64,000 nt of DNA from Lytechinus pictus (Eukaryota): assembly GCF_037042905.1 (NCBI RefSeq), contig NC_087251.1, positions 34,102,001 to 34,166,000 on the forward strand. Reading direction: 5' to 3'. The first letter of the stretch is position 1, and each line of letters opens with the position of its first letter. The position numbers were made by a program, and so were the translations under genes. Positions 1 to 12,786 of this stretch are shown here, one piece after another. The notes below the pieces were generated by a model. The model was not told the origin of the DNA. It did no database searches and worked only from the letters and a program-made list of their open reading frames with translations.

Positions 1-96
1 TTATGGATTGTTCTTAAGGGAATGGCTTTACCAATGTTTTTCCAATAATAGATTTAAACTGATTTACCCTTGTTTCTACTGACACTCTATCTATAG

Positions 97-294
97 ATAC
101 TCTGTGGCAAGGAAATACCATCATGGATTAACCGGTTAGCTGCTGTAGGAGCACGCCTGCCTTTCATGGAGCGGATGCTACCCAAGGAGTGGCTTACCCC
201 TCTAGCCCTAGTGGAGAACAACTCTGTCAAAGAACCTGAACCCTCAAGAACACCTAGTGACTCAGAAACAGGGAGCAAATCATCGCTGTTATGA
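97..294 (+). CDS. DESI2: Last coding exon of desumoylating isopeptidase 2 (PPPDE1/DESI2); upstream exons lie left of the window
   Basis: Acceptor ctatag at 91-96 is followed by an open frame [65 protein letters not shown] (TGA 292-294). This closely matches the vertebrate DESI2 C-terminal exon [15 protein letters not shown]...LPKEWLTP. It is not in the ORF track. Confidence 0.9.
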   Translation: MLCGKEIPSWINRLAAVGARLPFMERMLPKEWLTPLALVENNSVKEPEPSRTPSDSETGSKSSLL

Positions 295-1739
295 CCACCC
301 TGAATCCTCCTTGGGGAAGGGTTTTTACACTAGAGTGCCACAGGGATGCCATGTGTGCTTGCTTTTATCGTGACTTGAGGAGAGGTAACAGATACGGAGG
401 GAGTTTCTCGGGAGCAGTTAGCCACCGAGCCATCGTTCCCCTTGTTTGGCAGATAGTACCTCTCCATTTATTTGATTGTAACATCAGTAAACAGAGTGTG
501 TGCACTTTGCGGATGGTGTCCAGATCCAGGCTCGCATCGAAACCCAAACATACATTTACTCTATTCTGGGGTGTAAAAGATATAATATTTCCAATTATTA
601 TTGTTATAATAATTTATATTATGACCATTGAAATAATAATTTTTACTGATAATGCGACCCTGTATCAATAAAACTACACATGAATGGCATGGATCTGAGA
701 TAGTTCTTTGACATACAGAGGCTCTCTTTTAATAAATGTTACGTCTGTTCAACAATAGTGTGGAACTGAAAAAAAATGGTTGAGAATATATGAGGTCCAG
801 AAATGGTACACTCGTTCTATCAAATATTTTGCCACCAGACACAATTCCTATCAGTTCCTGAAGCATGTATCAAGAAAAAAAATTGTGATGTTAAATTCCT
901 ACATTGGTATATTTCCTCCCGCCTTTTAAAATAGAGACAGAACTAGCATGCTGCGCTGTGCCTTCAGAGATTGTATATTTAATCAAGAGAAATGGTGGTA
1001 TTCATGATACGAGGTCATCCTTTCAAATATTGATATCGTAGTCTCTGCACAATTGCCCCAATTAGCACAGTGACCCTCCAAGACATAGAATGCCAAAAGA
1101 GCAAGGAGATCAACTTTGTGGCACTCACACTCGATTTTACTACTAGTATCTCTTTTTTATAAACTTAGTGTTGAATATAAACAGATAGATATCTATTTTT
1201 GTGTGCTTACAATTGTACAAAGCTGATATCATAAACAGAAATTTGTTTACAAAATATATGTATATATTTATTGAAGTAGACTTGTATCATCATTGTATAC
1301 ATAATTTATTGGAATGGTTGTAATAATCATCTAGTTATCTAGTCAGATCATTGATATGTAGATGTATATTTGCATTGTTCCTATGGGTATCAAGTATTAT
1401 GGAACATGTAGACCGTGCCTTGGGGACTTTATAGAGAATCAATAGAAAAGGCAGAGATAATATTTCTAATATTGAAGGGAATTGCATTATTTTGGAAATC
1501 AAAATATATTTTAAGAAATGTGCAGGTAATGTTCATACAGTTGCTGATTTCAGCTGAGCTAAAGGTGAAAAGTCTCTCCCAAAGTACTTTGCTAATTGCC
1601 AGTTTTTCTAATCATAGTTCTTCATGTGATGTTAAGTCTCATCCAAAATTTCTTTGACTACCAATTTATCAAATAACCATTCAAACACTTTGCACTTTTT
1701 ATGTTTAAAAAATGAATTAGTTGAGCTGTTCTATAAAGA

Positions 1740-1910
1740 GGAATTCAGAGTGACACATTTACTCGGATCTAATATATGAGGGCATAGGTTTAGCGTTGTT
1801 CAGATCAAGGATTAGGGTTTATTTTGTTTTGGAGGTTAGCTTTTATGTTCGCTTAACATGCAGATTTTCTATCAGAACATTTGTCACTGGAGCAAATGTT
1901 ATAGAACCGT
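1740..1910. repeat. Dispersed repeat fragment, related copy at ~18470-18635
   Basis: Both positions share gagggcataggttt...agggtttattt.gttt..gaggttag.ttttatgt...taacatgca. Confidence 0.5.
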
Positions 1911-2657
1911 CTTCAGAGGAAGTGAAATAAATGAAATTATATTAAAAACGCATGGCAGACTTTATAGATTTGAAAAAGTCTTCCCTATGGAAGAATGTTG
2001 AGATATTAGCAGAGGAGATGAAATCAATAACGGTATGAACATGACCGGGTAGAATGAAGGGTGATGAAAATGGTTTTATCTCAGGAACTGGCTCATTTGA
2101 GAGGCATATGAACAGCATCAGCAGAACATTTAATGTTATCTATGGTGTATAATTCTAATTATACTGCATGGAAATAAAGGCAAAGAAATGATCAAGGGAC
2201 CTCCTCCATAAAAGTAACTTATTATCTAAACTGTACCACCTAATGGTGAATGTCATGAAATCTAGACTCTGATTGGCCGTTTGGCATTGCAACCAAAGTA
2301 GTCACCAGTTGATGTCATAGTTACCATATCAGGAAACTTTATGCACTGGGACCCTGATATGGACCTTGTTGTATAAACGTGTCATTGATTTGAAGCTTTA
2401 TATGATAGTGTTGAACTGTTGATCAATATTTGAACCAATCAAATTTCCTTTGAATGCAATTCATGGTTACTTTTTAGCAATGATAAGCAAATTTTCATAC
2501 AAGAGATTCGTACAGCCCATTTTACAGAATTTGTTTTCAAGATTTTTTCTTGGCCAATTAGATTGCAGGGTTTCAGTGATGCATAATGAAGTGCTTGTGA
2601 TTTACCATTGGCAACAAGTTTTCTGAAACAGTGCAGTGGTATTAAGTTATATTAAGT

Positions 2658-2688
2658 GGGTGCGTCGTGGTCTAGTGGTTCTGACTCT
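2658..2688 (+). mobile_element. 5' part (A box) of a tRNA-derived SINE split by a transposon insertion
   Basis: gggtgcgtcgTGGTCTAGTGGttctgactct aligns to the start of the intact SINE at 12787, and the element continues at 8006. Confidence 0.85.
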
Positions 2689-2749
2689 TAGTGGAGCGGT
2701 TATGTGACAAAAAATGGCCAAGATGCTCGGATCTGGCAGAAAGTGTGAA

Positions 2750-4130
2750 ATTTGGTATACAGGGGTATTTTTGGGCGCTGATTTCAAAAATTGCCGGCCC
2801 CAAGCGATTTGACCATCGGGTCGGCCGCCATTTTGAAATCCAAGATGGCCACCATGAAAAATCATTAAATGTCATTTTTTTTTTTTTTACATGGCATGTG
2901 ACACTGAAATTTGGCATATAGGGGTATTATGAGGCACTGATTTCAAATATTGCCAGCCCCCAGCAATTTGACCATTTGGTCGGCGGCAAAATGGCCGCCA
3001 TCTTGAAATCCAAGATGGCCGCCATGATATATTATTGCAATCATTTTCTCGAGTTTTATATGAACTGCGGTATTGAAATTTGGCATATAGGCTTAATTTG
3101 GGGTGCCGATTTCAAATATTGCCGGCCCCAAGTGATTTGACCATCGGGTCGGCCGCCATTTTGAAATCCAAGATGGCCGCCATGAGAAATCATTAATGTC
3201 ATTTTCTTGAGTTTTACATGACGTGTGACACTGAAATTTGGTATGTTGGGGTATTTTTAGGCACTGATTTCAAATATTGCCTGCCCCCAGCAATTTGACC
3301 ATTTGGGCAGCGGCTAAATGGCCGCCATTTTAAAATCCAAGATGGCCGCCATGAAAAATCATTAAATGTAATTTTCTTGAGTTTTACATGATATGTGACA
3401 CTGAAATTTGGCGTATAGGCTTAATTCGGCGTGCTGATTTCAAATATTGCCGGTCCCAAGTGATTTGACCATCGGGTCGGCCGCCATTTTGAAATCCAAG
3501 ATGGCCACCATGAGAAATCATTAATGTCATTTTCTTGAGTTTTACATGACATGTGACACTGAAATTTGGTATGATGGGGTATTTTTAGGCACTGATTTCA
3601 AATATTGCCAGCCCCCAGCAATTTGACCATTTGGTTGGCGGCAAAATGGCCGCCATTTTGAAATCCAAGATGGCCGCCATTATATAATAATGCAATCATT
3701 TTCTTGAGTTTTATATGAACTGCGGTATTGAATTTGACATATAGGCTTAATTTTGGGCGCTGATTTCAAATATTGCCGGCCTCAAGCGATTTGACCATCG
3801 GGTCAGCTGCCATTTGAAATCCAAGATGGCCGCCATGAAAAATCATTGAACTCATTTTCTTGAATTTTACATAATATGTGCCACTGAAATTTGTAGTATA
3901 TCGGTATCTGGGTGAGTCCATTAAAAAAATTGCTGGCTCCAAGCAATCTGACAATTGGTCGGCGGAAAAATGGCCGTCATCTTGAATTTGAAGCTGGCTG
4001 CCATAGAAATATTGCAATTATTTCGTTGAGTTTTATATGATCTGCGGTATTGCACTTTGACATATAGAAGTAGTGTGGGGAGCTTATTTCAAATATTGCT
4101 GGCCCTCAGCGATCTGATCCCCTGAGTCAG
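2750..4130 (+). repeat. Left-arm tandem array (alternating ~170/158-bp monomers, 328-bp dimer)
   Basis: The motif GCCATYTTGAAATCCAAGATGGCC recurs at ~2827, 2997, 3155, 3324, 3483, 3652, 3809 and 3976. Confidence 0.9.
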
Positions 4131-5985
4131 GGTTATACGGGCCAAAGATATTCATTCGAGCCAACCCATTTAATTCTCAATTTTTAATTTTGATATTGCT
4201 GATTGACAAAAACGAATGAATATGATTGATAATCTAACACTGATTCTAGGGAGGGTAACTTTACTGAACTTCCTTTTTTCAAATTGGGAAGATATATCAC
4301 CACTTTGGAACTATTTTTATACTGGCGGAAGAAGTATTGCCATTTTACTGTCTCAAGTGATGAATATGACCCTGTCAGGTGTAGTCTTCATAAATGCGGA
4401 TTTATTTTTAAAATGAGCTGGTCGAGGTACCCTTTTCTGACATGTATCCTATCCACTGGACAGGTAGTAAACATTCAATTCTCGAATTTCATCTTTTTTT
4501 TAGAGCGCCTCTTTAACACACGAGTCTATGGGAAATGTTTTAGGCCCGTGATACCTCAGCTGCAAAATGGCAGCCATCTTGAAATCCAAGATGGCTGCCA
4601 TAAAGAAATCATTAAAAAAATCAAGTATCATAATTATAAAGAAGGTATTATTTTGAAATTTGGCATCTTGGGGTATTGACATTTCCCCCAAGTAATCTGC
4701 CCAATAGATATGCTGCAAAATGGCCACCATCTTGAAAATTCATTAAAATCATTTTCTTGAGTTTTAAATAATTTGAGGCACTGCATTTTAGACATACAGG
4801 CAGGTTTTGGCCTGCTGGTTTTAGAATATTGCTGCCCCAGTGATTGATCCCCCAGTGATTGATCCACCGGGTCAGCTGAAAATGACCGCCACTTTGAAAT
4901 CTAAGATGGCTACTACGTAATATCTTTCAAAAATGTTTTCCTGAATTCTACATTACCTGTGACACTGTAAATTGGTACTATGAAGCAAAAACTTGTATGT
5001 TACTTTCAAATATGGATAGATAATGAACATAATTATAACACATAACACACTTTATCTGCCATTTTAAATCACACAACATAATGGGGCAGCTGCTCGTACA
5101 GTATATGACGTCACAAATCAAAAACTTAAAATTCTAATATCTTTGATGGATTTACCAATATCCTTTTTATATCATATTTTCTTGTGTTTTTACAACAAAG
5201 TTTTTCTCCGGGGTGAACTTCCCTTTTTAATGGATAGAGCAACGTCCGATGTGGCGCTGCTAAGTTACTGCCGGGCTCATGATCTACAGGGTATGGGCGA
5301 AATAACTTTTCGGAGCATTTCTGTTACTGAATTCTATTTTGAACAATAAAATATGTAGTATTATCATCCATCATTAATATTAATTTCATCATCATCATCA
5401 TCATCTTACCACTATATAACCATCAGTACTTCAAGTCTGGAGCAGTTTTCTTCTTGTCGATTTGTAATAAAATATCGCAATTATTGGAGCAATATTCTGA
5501 AACCAGCAGGCCAAAAACCTGCCTGTATGTCTAAAATGCAGTGCCTCAAATTATTTAAAACCAAGAAAATGATTTTAATGAATTTTCATGACAGTCGATC
5601 CAATCTAGATTTCAAGAAGGTGGCCATTTTGCAGCATATCTATCATGTCTATTGGACAGATTACTGGGGGCAATTTCGATATCCCTAGATTAAGCTTACC
5701 ATAGATGCCAAATTTTTAAATAATACGTTACCTGATACTAGATAAAGTGATTTTTTTTTCAATGATCTTTTTTCATTTCAGCCATCTTGGATTTCAAGAT
5801 GGCTGACATTTTGCTTCTGACTCAGGGGATCAGATCGCTGAGGGCCAGCAATATTTGAAATAAGCACCCCGCACTCCGTCGATATGTCAAAGTGCAATAC
5901 TGCAGATCATATGAATCTCAAAGAAATAATTTACAGCCTCTCAACAGAAAATGATTGTTCCGGATGGTTATTGTTCAACCAAAGC

Positions 5986-6130
5986 CACCTCAAATGTGTA
6001 ACTGCAGAATAAGCTTGCTGGTTTGTGTATTTATGGTGCTTCATATTTACGTAACATCTATATCAGCAATTAAGGGTGCCAAAGTATTATAATCCTTGCA
6101 ACGGACAAAGATGTGGTTGTGTTGGATTTG
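5986..6130 (+). pseudogene. Decayed relic of an Academ-type XPG/PIN-like nuclease domain
   Basis: With frameshifts and a stop it reads HLKCVTAE*A...FMVLHI...SAIKGAK/SIIILATDKDVVVL, resembling the L.C.HEEADTR..LH...IIIRS.DTDV.VL motif. Judged by eye only. Confidence 0.45.
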
Positions 6131-6309
6131 TTTTCAGTGCCAATACAATGGGTTTTACTCACCATTATAATGTTGTACATCATTCAAACTTGGTAACCAT
6201 ATTGGAATTCAAAATAGCATCTATTTATTATGTTTTTTTCATTGATCAAGGATGCAAAGATCAAGTTTTTCTCCAAATTCAAAGTGTTACAGGCCATACG
6301 TAAGACTTG

Positions 6310-7945
6310 AGCAAATTATCTTTCATGGCGGCCATCTTTTATTTAAAATGGCAACCAAATAGGGGTCTGACAATAATCAGTGCCTAAATATATGCCTATA
6401 TGACAACTTTCAGGGCCAGAGTTCATATAAAACTCAAGACAATTATCATTACTTTTAATTCATGGCGGTCATTTTGCCGAAACTCGGTGGTTACATTGCT
6501 GGTGGCCGGCAAAAATCAGTGCCACGTACTTCTGTATGCCAAATTTTGGTGTCATATATAATGTAAAATCCAAGAAAATTATTTTGATATGGTTTTTCAT
6601 GGCAGCCATATCTTGCCGCTGAACTGATGGTCAGATCACTTGTGGCTGGCAATATTTGAAATCAGCACCCAAAAATAGGTACTCTATTTGCACATGTAAA
6701 ATTCAAGAAAATGAGTTTTAGTGATTTTCATGGTGGCCATCTTAGATTTCAAGATGGCAGCTGACCTGGTGGTAAGACTATTAAAATAAGTGCCCTAAAC
6801 TACACCTACACTGTATATGCTAAATTTCAATACCATAGCTCATACAAAATTAGAGAAAATTATTGCAACGATATTTCATGGTGGCCATCTTGGATTTTAA
6901 GATAGCGACAAATTGCTGGGGGCCGGCAATATTTGAAATCAGCACGCCGAATTAAGCCTATATGCCAAATTTCAGTGTCACATATCATGTAAAACTCAAG
7001 AAAATGACATTTAATGATTTTTCATGGCGGCCATCTTGGATTTAAAAATGGCGGCCATTTAGCCGCTGACCAAGAGGTCAAATTGCTGGGGGCAGGCAAT
7101 ATTTGAAATCAGTGCCTAAAAATACCCCAACATACCAAATTTCAGTGTCACACGTCATGTAAAACTCAAGAAAATGACATTAATGATTTCTCATGGCGGC
7201 CATCTTGGATTTCAAAATGGCGGCCGACCTGATGGTCAAATAACTTGGGGCCGGCAATATTTGAAATCAGCACCCCAAATTAAGCCTATATGCCAAATTT
7301 CAATACCGCAGTTCATATAAAACTCGAGAAAATGATTGCAATAATATATCATGGCGGCCATCTTGGATTTCAAGATGGCGGCCATTTTGCCGCCGACCAA
7401 GTGGTCAAATTGCTGGGGGCTGGCAATATTTGAAATCAGTGCCTCAAAATACCCCTATATGCCAAATTACAGTGTCACATGCCATGTAAAACTTGAGAAA
7501 ATGACATTTGATGATTTTTCATGGCGGCCATCTTGGATTTCAAAATGGCGGCCGACCCGATGGTCAAATCGCTTGGGGCCGGCAATTTTTGAAATCAGCA
7601 CCCCAAATTAAGCCTATAAGCCAAATTACAATACCGCAGTTCATATAAAACTCGAGAAAATGATTGCAATAATATATCATGGCGGCCATCTTGGATTTCA
7701 AGATGGCGGCCATTTTGCCGCCGACCAAGTGGTCAAATTGCTGGGGGCTGGCAATATTTGAAATCAGTGCCTCAAAATACCCCTATATGCCAAATTACAG
7801 TGTCACATGCCATGTAAAACTTGAGAAAATGACATTTGATGATTTTTCATGGCGGCCATCTTGGATTTCAAAATGGCGGCCGACCCGATGGTCAAATCGC
7901 TTGGGGCCGGCAATTTTTGAAATCAGCGCCCAAAAATACCTCTGT
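6310..7945 (-). repeat. Right-arm tandem array, inverted relative to the left arm
   Basis: CATGGYGGCCATCTTGGATTT occurs at ~6878, 7023, 7192, 7350, 7520, 7678 and 7848. ORFs 7351 and 7679 share the same first ~80 aa, showing a near-exact 328-bp duplication. Confidence 0.9.
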
Positions 7946-8005
7946 ATGCCAATTTTCACACTTTCTGCCAGATTCGAGCATCTTTTTCACATATCTACTG
8001 GACTA

Positions 8006-8250
8006 TCTCGCCTTTGAAACAGAGGGTTGTGGGTTCGAATCCCAGCCATGGCATGTTTTCCTTCAGCAAGAAATTTATCCACACTATGTTGCACCCGACC
8101 CAGGTGAGGTGAATGGGTACCCGGCAGGAGTAATTCCTCGCATGCACTGAGCGCCGGTGATGGTAGCTCGAGCTAAAGCCAGGGTAATAATAGCAGCGCT
8201 TTGTATCCTCAGGCAAAAAGCGCTTTATAAATCCAGCTATTATTATTATT
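8006..8250 (+). mobile_element. 3' part of the split tRNA-derived SINE (B box, body, L2-like tail)
   Basis: B box GGTTCGAATCC at ~8032, body matching 12830-13060, tail gcgctttg...aaaagcgctttataaat...(tat)n. Confidence 0.9.
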
Positions 8251-8666
8251 ACATAAGGCTGGCCTTGGACACATCGATTTTTCCATCATTTCCATGGGTG
8301 AGCTTTGCACTGGAAAGAACAGGCATTACAAGTTTTGCATTGTTTTGAATGTTTTTCTCATGGTTGAGAAAGCAGACTCTTTATCTTAAAAAAAATCAAG
8401 AACATGTATGTGAAAACTGTTGGTGTGATCAAGTATATCTTATACCAGTGAGACATTGTGTACTTAAGTTTGCCTGCACTATAATTTTGAAATCCGAGTT
8501 TTATATATTGCTTTGTAGTGTGTATACATGTTTTGTTATTTAGAATCTATGAAAAGAACTTAATTTTGCACATTATAAAAATCCTGTAGCTAAGATTTTT
8601 TTTTTGGGGGGGGTGCACTCAGTAAAGCGAGATCACATTCTTAATCTTTTACATGATGGCAAATCA

Positions 8667-8904
8667 GGGGCCCGACTTACAAAGAGTTACGATTGATCCA
8701 ATCAATCGAAACTATCTAGAATGATATGTTTGTTCAAAATATTTTCCAGAAATGAGGTTAATTCATATATTCACTGTTTTCTTGACAATTCAGTATGCTA
8801 CTCGTCGATTTCAAAGGAGAATGAGCGAATTTCCCAGAGAAAAAATTATGACATTGATGGATTTCCATATACTTGAGATTGATCGTAACTCATTGTGACT
8901 GAGC
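8667..8904. mobile_element. Harbinger-like MITE (degraded right end)
   Basis: Left terminus GGGGCCCGACTTACAAAGAGTTACGAT with the inverted counterpart ATCGTAACTC near 8882. Confidence 0.5.
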
Positions 8905-9892
8905 TGTAGACCAATTGTGATCAAGCAGAAGCTGGGAAATCTTGGGAAAGACTAAAAAATATACTTAATACAGAAAGAACATCGTTCAGTATTAAAAGCT
9001 TTGTCCTAATCAAGAGAGTTGCACTGGTGAGTTTGAGTGTATTTTAAAACCAACAAAGGTCCTTGTGGTAGTGCCACAGCCTTCCAAGCAGATTGCACCT
9101 AAATAAATTTTATGAACCTTTTCGCATGAAGTGTAAAATTTTTAGATTTATTTGAGTATGCAGGCAATGAGAAGGCTTTTTGGATTATTTATTATTAGCA
9201 GTTTATTATTAGAAGCACAAAGGAGATAAAGAGACAAATAAATATTACTAGCATATATTTGACATCATTGCACCCAACATGGATATTTTAGCTTTCTTGT
9301 ATATTTGCTTTTTATAGATATTGGCCAAACACTAAAAAAAAGGGGAAAATAACATATATCTATCATATTATCCAAATATATTTTGACCACTTTCAAGTGT
9401 GTTAGCACAACATACAGTGGTGTATATTGTATATTGAATGGTGCAAATTATACAGGTAGCCAGTACACATATGTTTATTTGTATCATCAATCTTTTTTCA
9501 TGTGATCAATTTACTACTTGCTTGGTCTTTAATTTTTGTGCTTCCGTAAGTGTGTGCTCACACCAGTCACACCTGTGAAACTGACTCCAAACCACCCAAT
9601 GGGATGTCATTGGCAGTAAGCTTCGGTTGATGTGGAGTCGGTTTCACCAGTGAGAATGTAGCATCAAAACGTGGTTCATTAAAGATTCAAGATAGATCAT
9701 ATAATATGATGAGGTTTAATTTCTTAGTGCTAAAGAATACATACCATGTGGGTATAATGAGCGTTCATGCAGATTATCCTCATGAATAGACATATATATT
9801 TGGATGTGCTGAAATATGATTCTATATCTTATTTGACATAGCTGCGGTATCAGTACTGGTAATTGAATTTCACACTTTTTCATTGTCAGTCA

Positions 9893-10010
9893 GGGGCCCA
9901 TAGCAGAAGGCGTCGCAATCAAACATAACTCTAAAAATCAAACGCATCTTGATTTGAGGACTTGCACTTGATTTTTTGAGTTGCGATTAAACACAAGCCT
10001 TTCTGTGCCT
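9893..10010. mobile_element. Short palindromic Harbinger-like MITE
   Basis: ggggcccatagcagaagg..gcaatcaa...ttgcgatt..gcctttctgtgcc forms an imperfect hairpin. Confidence 0.45.
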
Positions 10011-10841
10011 CTGGTAGATTTTTGTGTCGCTTTATAGGTGGGTCTTATATACTCTTCAGTTCTCTTTTAAATCCTGTATCCCCCCCCCCCCCCCACCAGA
10101 AATCAAGAAAAATTTAATACATTTTTATTATAAACTTTGCATGTGTGAGTTTGAACTCATCCTTCTTTATGTCACAACATTTCCTTTTTGTCTGGTGAGA
10201 GTGAACAATGAATGCTACATGTGTTGTTGAAGATGTGAAAACAGCCTTCCTCACTCATGGTAGTAATTAATGCTACATATTTGCTGGAGATGTTCCTCCG
10301 TTGTCTAGCTCCATCACACCTTCATTTCCTTTTCCTGTGTGAAGCCAGACAAGGATATGGATTTTTTGCCATTCCTGTTACCATGGTTACACAGCTTTGA
10401 GGACATGCAGAGTCTTTTTAAATGAGAAATATTTCCAATCAAATCACAGAAAATAAGAGTTAACATGCCCAATATTATTTGTATTGCAAGTGCACATCTT
10501 GGTCTTTTAGCAACTTCATTGCATTGATAGCAAAATGGTTTTGTGTATAGGGACTATGCACACTTGTAACAAAGATGGTGTTTATCAATATTCTTGCGAT
10601 TAAGTGTACATCATGACGTTTGATCATTTCTATAAAGAGATTGACATGTCCATTTCAAATGTTGTCTTCTGAAATTGTATCTGTACTTTTTTTCCCAAAT
10701 CATTTTGATCTTGCCCACTGGAGGTAAAGGTAATGCTATAAAGGGATCTAAATGTTATTTGTACATTGTCCATCATTAAAGGTTGTCTGAGATCACCTGC
10801 TAAGGTCAAAGATCTTTGAGGTCATACATCTACTGCTACCT

Positions 10842-12085
10842 CCCACTGGGCATTTTACCCGATATTACCCGGGTTGTAACAGGTAATAACGTAGTTATTA
10901 CCACGGTAACACCAGTGGGTAGTAACGGGGAAATAGTAGACCAATCTTTCCCCGTTATTACCCGGACCTGATATTACTCCATTTACCCAATATTACCCAG
11001 TATGATGTAACCGATATTTCCAGCATTTTAATGATATCACCACCTCATATTACTCTGTTTACCCAATATTACCCAATTAATGTCGGCTCATTAAAAAAAC
11101 AATTAGTGTCATTAGGGTCATTGAAGCACATTTTTACAACTCCATACTCTAAGCCATATCATCTTATCCATATCCTAAAATCCTACATCCTAATCCTAAT
11201 CCTATCCTACACCTATCCACCAAACCCTGTCATTTACTTCTATATATTGAGCGAGTTTACAACACTTGACAAATTATGGTTAACAATTATTCAACCCTAA
11301 AACATTTTTCTAAAATTAATGTCATGTTTATGACTAATATGATATATAAACTACACATTTTTCTGAAAATTTTCTGGGTGGAATAATTGCATAAACATAA
11401 ACACATTAATTATTACAGCTATATTAGCTAAAATTTTGGCCATTTATTGTAGTAATGAATATTCATGAGTAACTAATATTCCCAGCATTTTCCTGATATT
11501 ACCATCTGATATTACTCCATTTACCCAATATTAATGGGTTCCGCATGGGTTGGAGGTCTCGTTTCCATCTGAGTCCTATCTGGGCACCATGTGGGTTCAA
11601 GTATATGTTTTCATCTGGGTTCCATGTGGGCCCATATGGGACCCAGATATCCCAGATAAGAACCGTATGTGATCCAGATACTTTGCTGTCTGGGAATGGA
11701 AGCGCTTCAACATTACCCATTACCCCTTATCAACCTGTTTGTAACTGGGTAAAATGTTGGTTTCATCAGGGTGATAACAGTAATTTTTTGGACTTTGACA
11801 ATTTCGCTGGGATTGCTGTAAGATTACTGTTATTACTAAAGTTTGCAATGTTATAACCAATCAAAGTCATTCAACATTACCCTTATTACCCATCGTCACC
11901 CTGTTGTAACTCGATCGGTAAATGTCGGTTTCATCAGGGTGACAACAGTAACAGGTATCAACAGGAATTATAATTTCGGTAATAGCATGGTAATAACGGT
12001 AATATTTGGTGTTACTCAAACTTCCGGGTGATATTACCGGTAATAACCGGTAAAATTGGTAATCGGTAACAAATTGCCCAGTGGG
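10842..12085. mobile_element. Non-autonomous EnSpm/CMC-like element
   Basis: TIR CCCACTGGGCA(T/A)TTT...AAATTGCCCAGTGGG, 2-bp TSD CT (10840-10841 / 12086-12087), and many subterminal TTACC/GGTAA repeats. Confidence 0.8.
11535..11694. mobile_element. Terminal fragment of a second EnSpm-like MITE nested in the element above
   Basis: GGGCCCATATGGG-type short palindromic repeats ending in TTTGCTGTCTGGG. Confidence 0.5.
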
Positions 12086-12786
12086 CTGCCAGCCTGTCAT
12101 GAAAAATATATCATTTGCTTGGAAGATGTTAGATGCACTTGGGTTTGGTAATATTTTTGTTATGGTGCCTTCAGTGGTCACATGGTATTAAGGTCAAAGC
12201 TAGGGGATTTTAGGTCAATGCACGAAAAAGTTTACCTGCGAACTCGCATGACAAATGTGTATCTGCAACTCTAAATTGCATCCAAATTTAGGATATTAAT
12301 GCACTGGTAGAATCTCCATGTTACGGTGCCATTGGAGGTCACAGTATGACAAGGGTTATGGAAAGTGCTATGGATGTGTATTGTCACAAGTGGGCAATGT
12401 GACTGATGGCTTGTATCAGTTGCATAAATCAGTATTTTAATCTGAGTTGTCTGAAAACATTGGTGCATACTTTTATTAGAGTATGGTATATTCCAGTGCA
12501 AGATAATGTTATTAGCTCTATTCTAAAAATGTAGCTAATGTAGTATTAAAGCATATAATGTAACTGGTAACTCTGTATATCAAAACAGTTCAATAGTTTA
12601 ATAATATTAAGACTGCCAGAAAAGTAGGGTACATGTATATTTGTAAATCTAGTAAAATGATAGTGTAATGAACTGAATGTGTATAAATTGGTGAATTGCA
12701 GATTAAGAGGATGTTATATGAAAGATTCTATTTTTTAAAACGAGAAAAATAAAATGTGGGTGTATACGAGTATATAGGAGTATAGT

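Larger units (their letters stand above)
2689..8005. mobile_element. 5.3-kb non-autonomous Academ-like DNA transposon (foldback type, tandem-repeat arms)
   Basis: Termini TAGT...ACTA with a 3-bp TSD TCT (2686-2688 / 8006-8008). Long inverted arms are built of 158/170-bp monomers. Inner inverted segments: ~4020-4130 vs ~5815-5930 and ~4545-4850 vs ~5486-5810. A decayed XPG-like coding relic lies at ~5986-6130. Confidence 0.8.

Noticed and set aside
291..671. 126-aa ORF overlapping the DESI2 stop (ATGA overlap)
   Set aside because: No recognisable homology and an AT-rich low-complexity end; most likely 3' UTR. Stop-restart translation is unsupported.
2750..7945. Regularly spaced repeats that might suggest a CRISPR array
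   Set aside because: Whole monomers repeat with no unique spacers, there are no cas genes, the context is eukaryotic, and they are transposon arm repeats.
7351..8017. Duplicated MAAILDFKMAAIL... ORFs (also 2647-2921 and 4500-4867)
   Set aside because: They are incidental translations of the tandem repeat motif.
9555..9660. ~100-bp hairpin (gtgaaactgactcca / tggagtcggtttcac) as a pre-miRNA
   Set aside because: The loop is large and the stem short; a MITE remnant is more plausible and no known miRNA is recognised.
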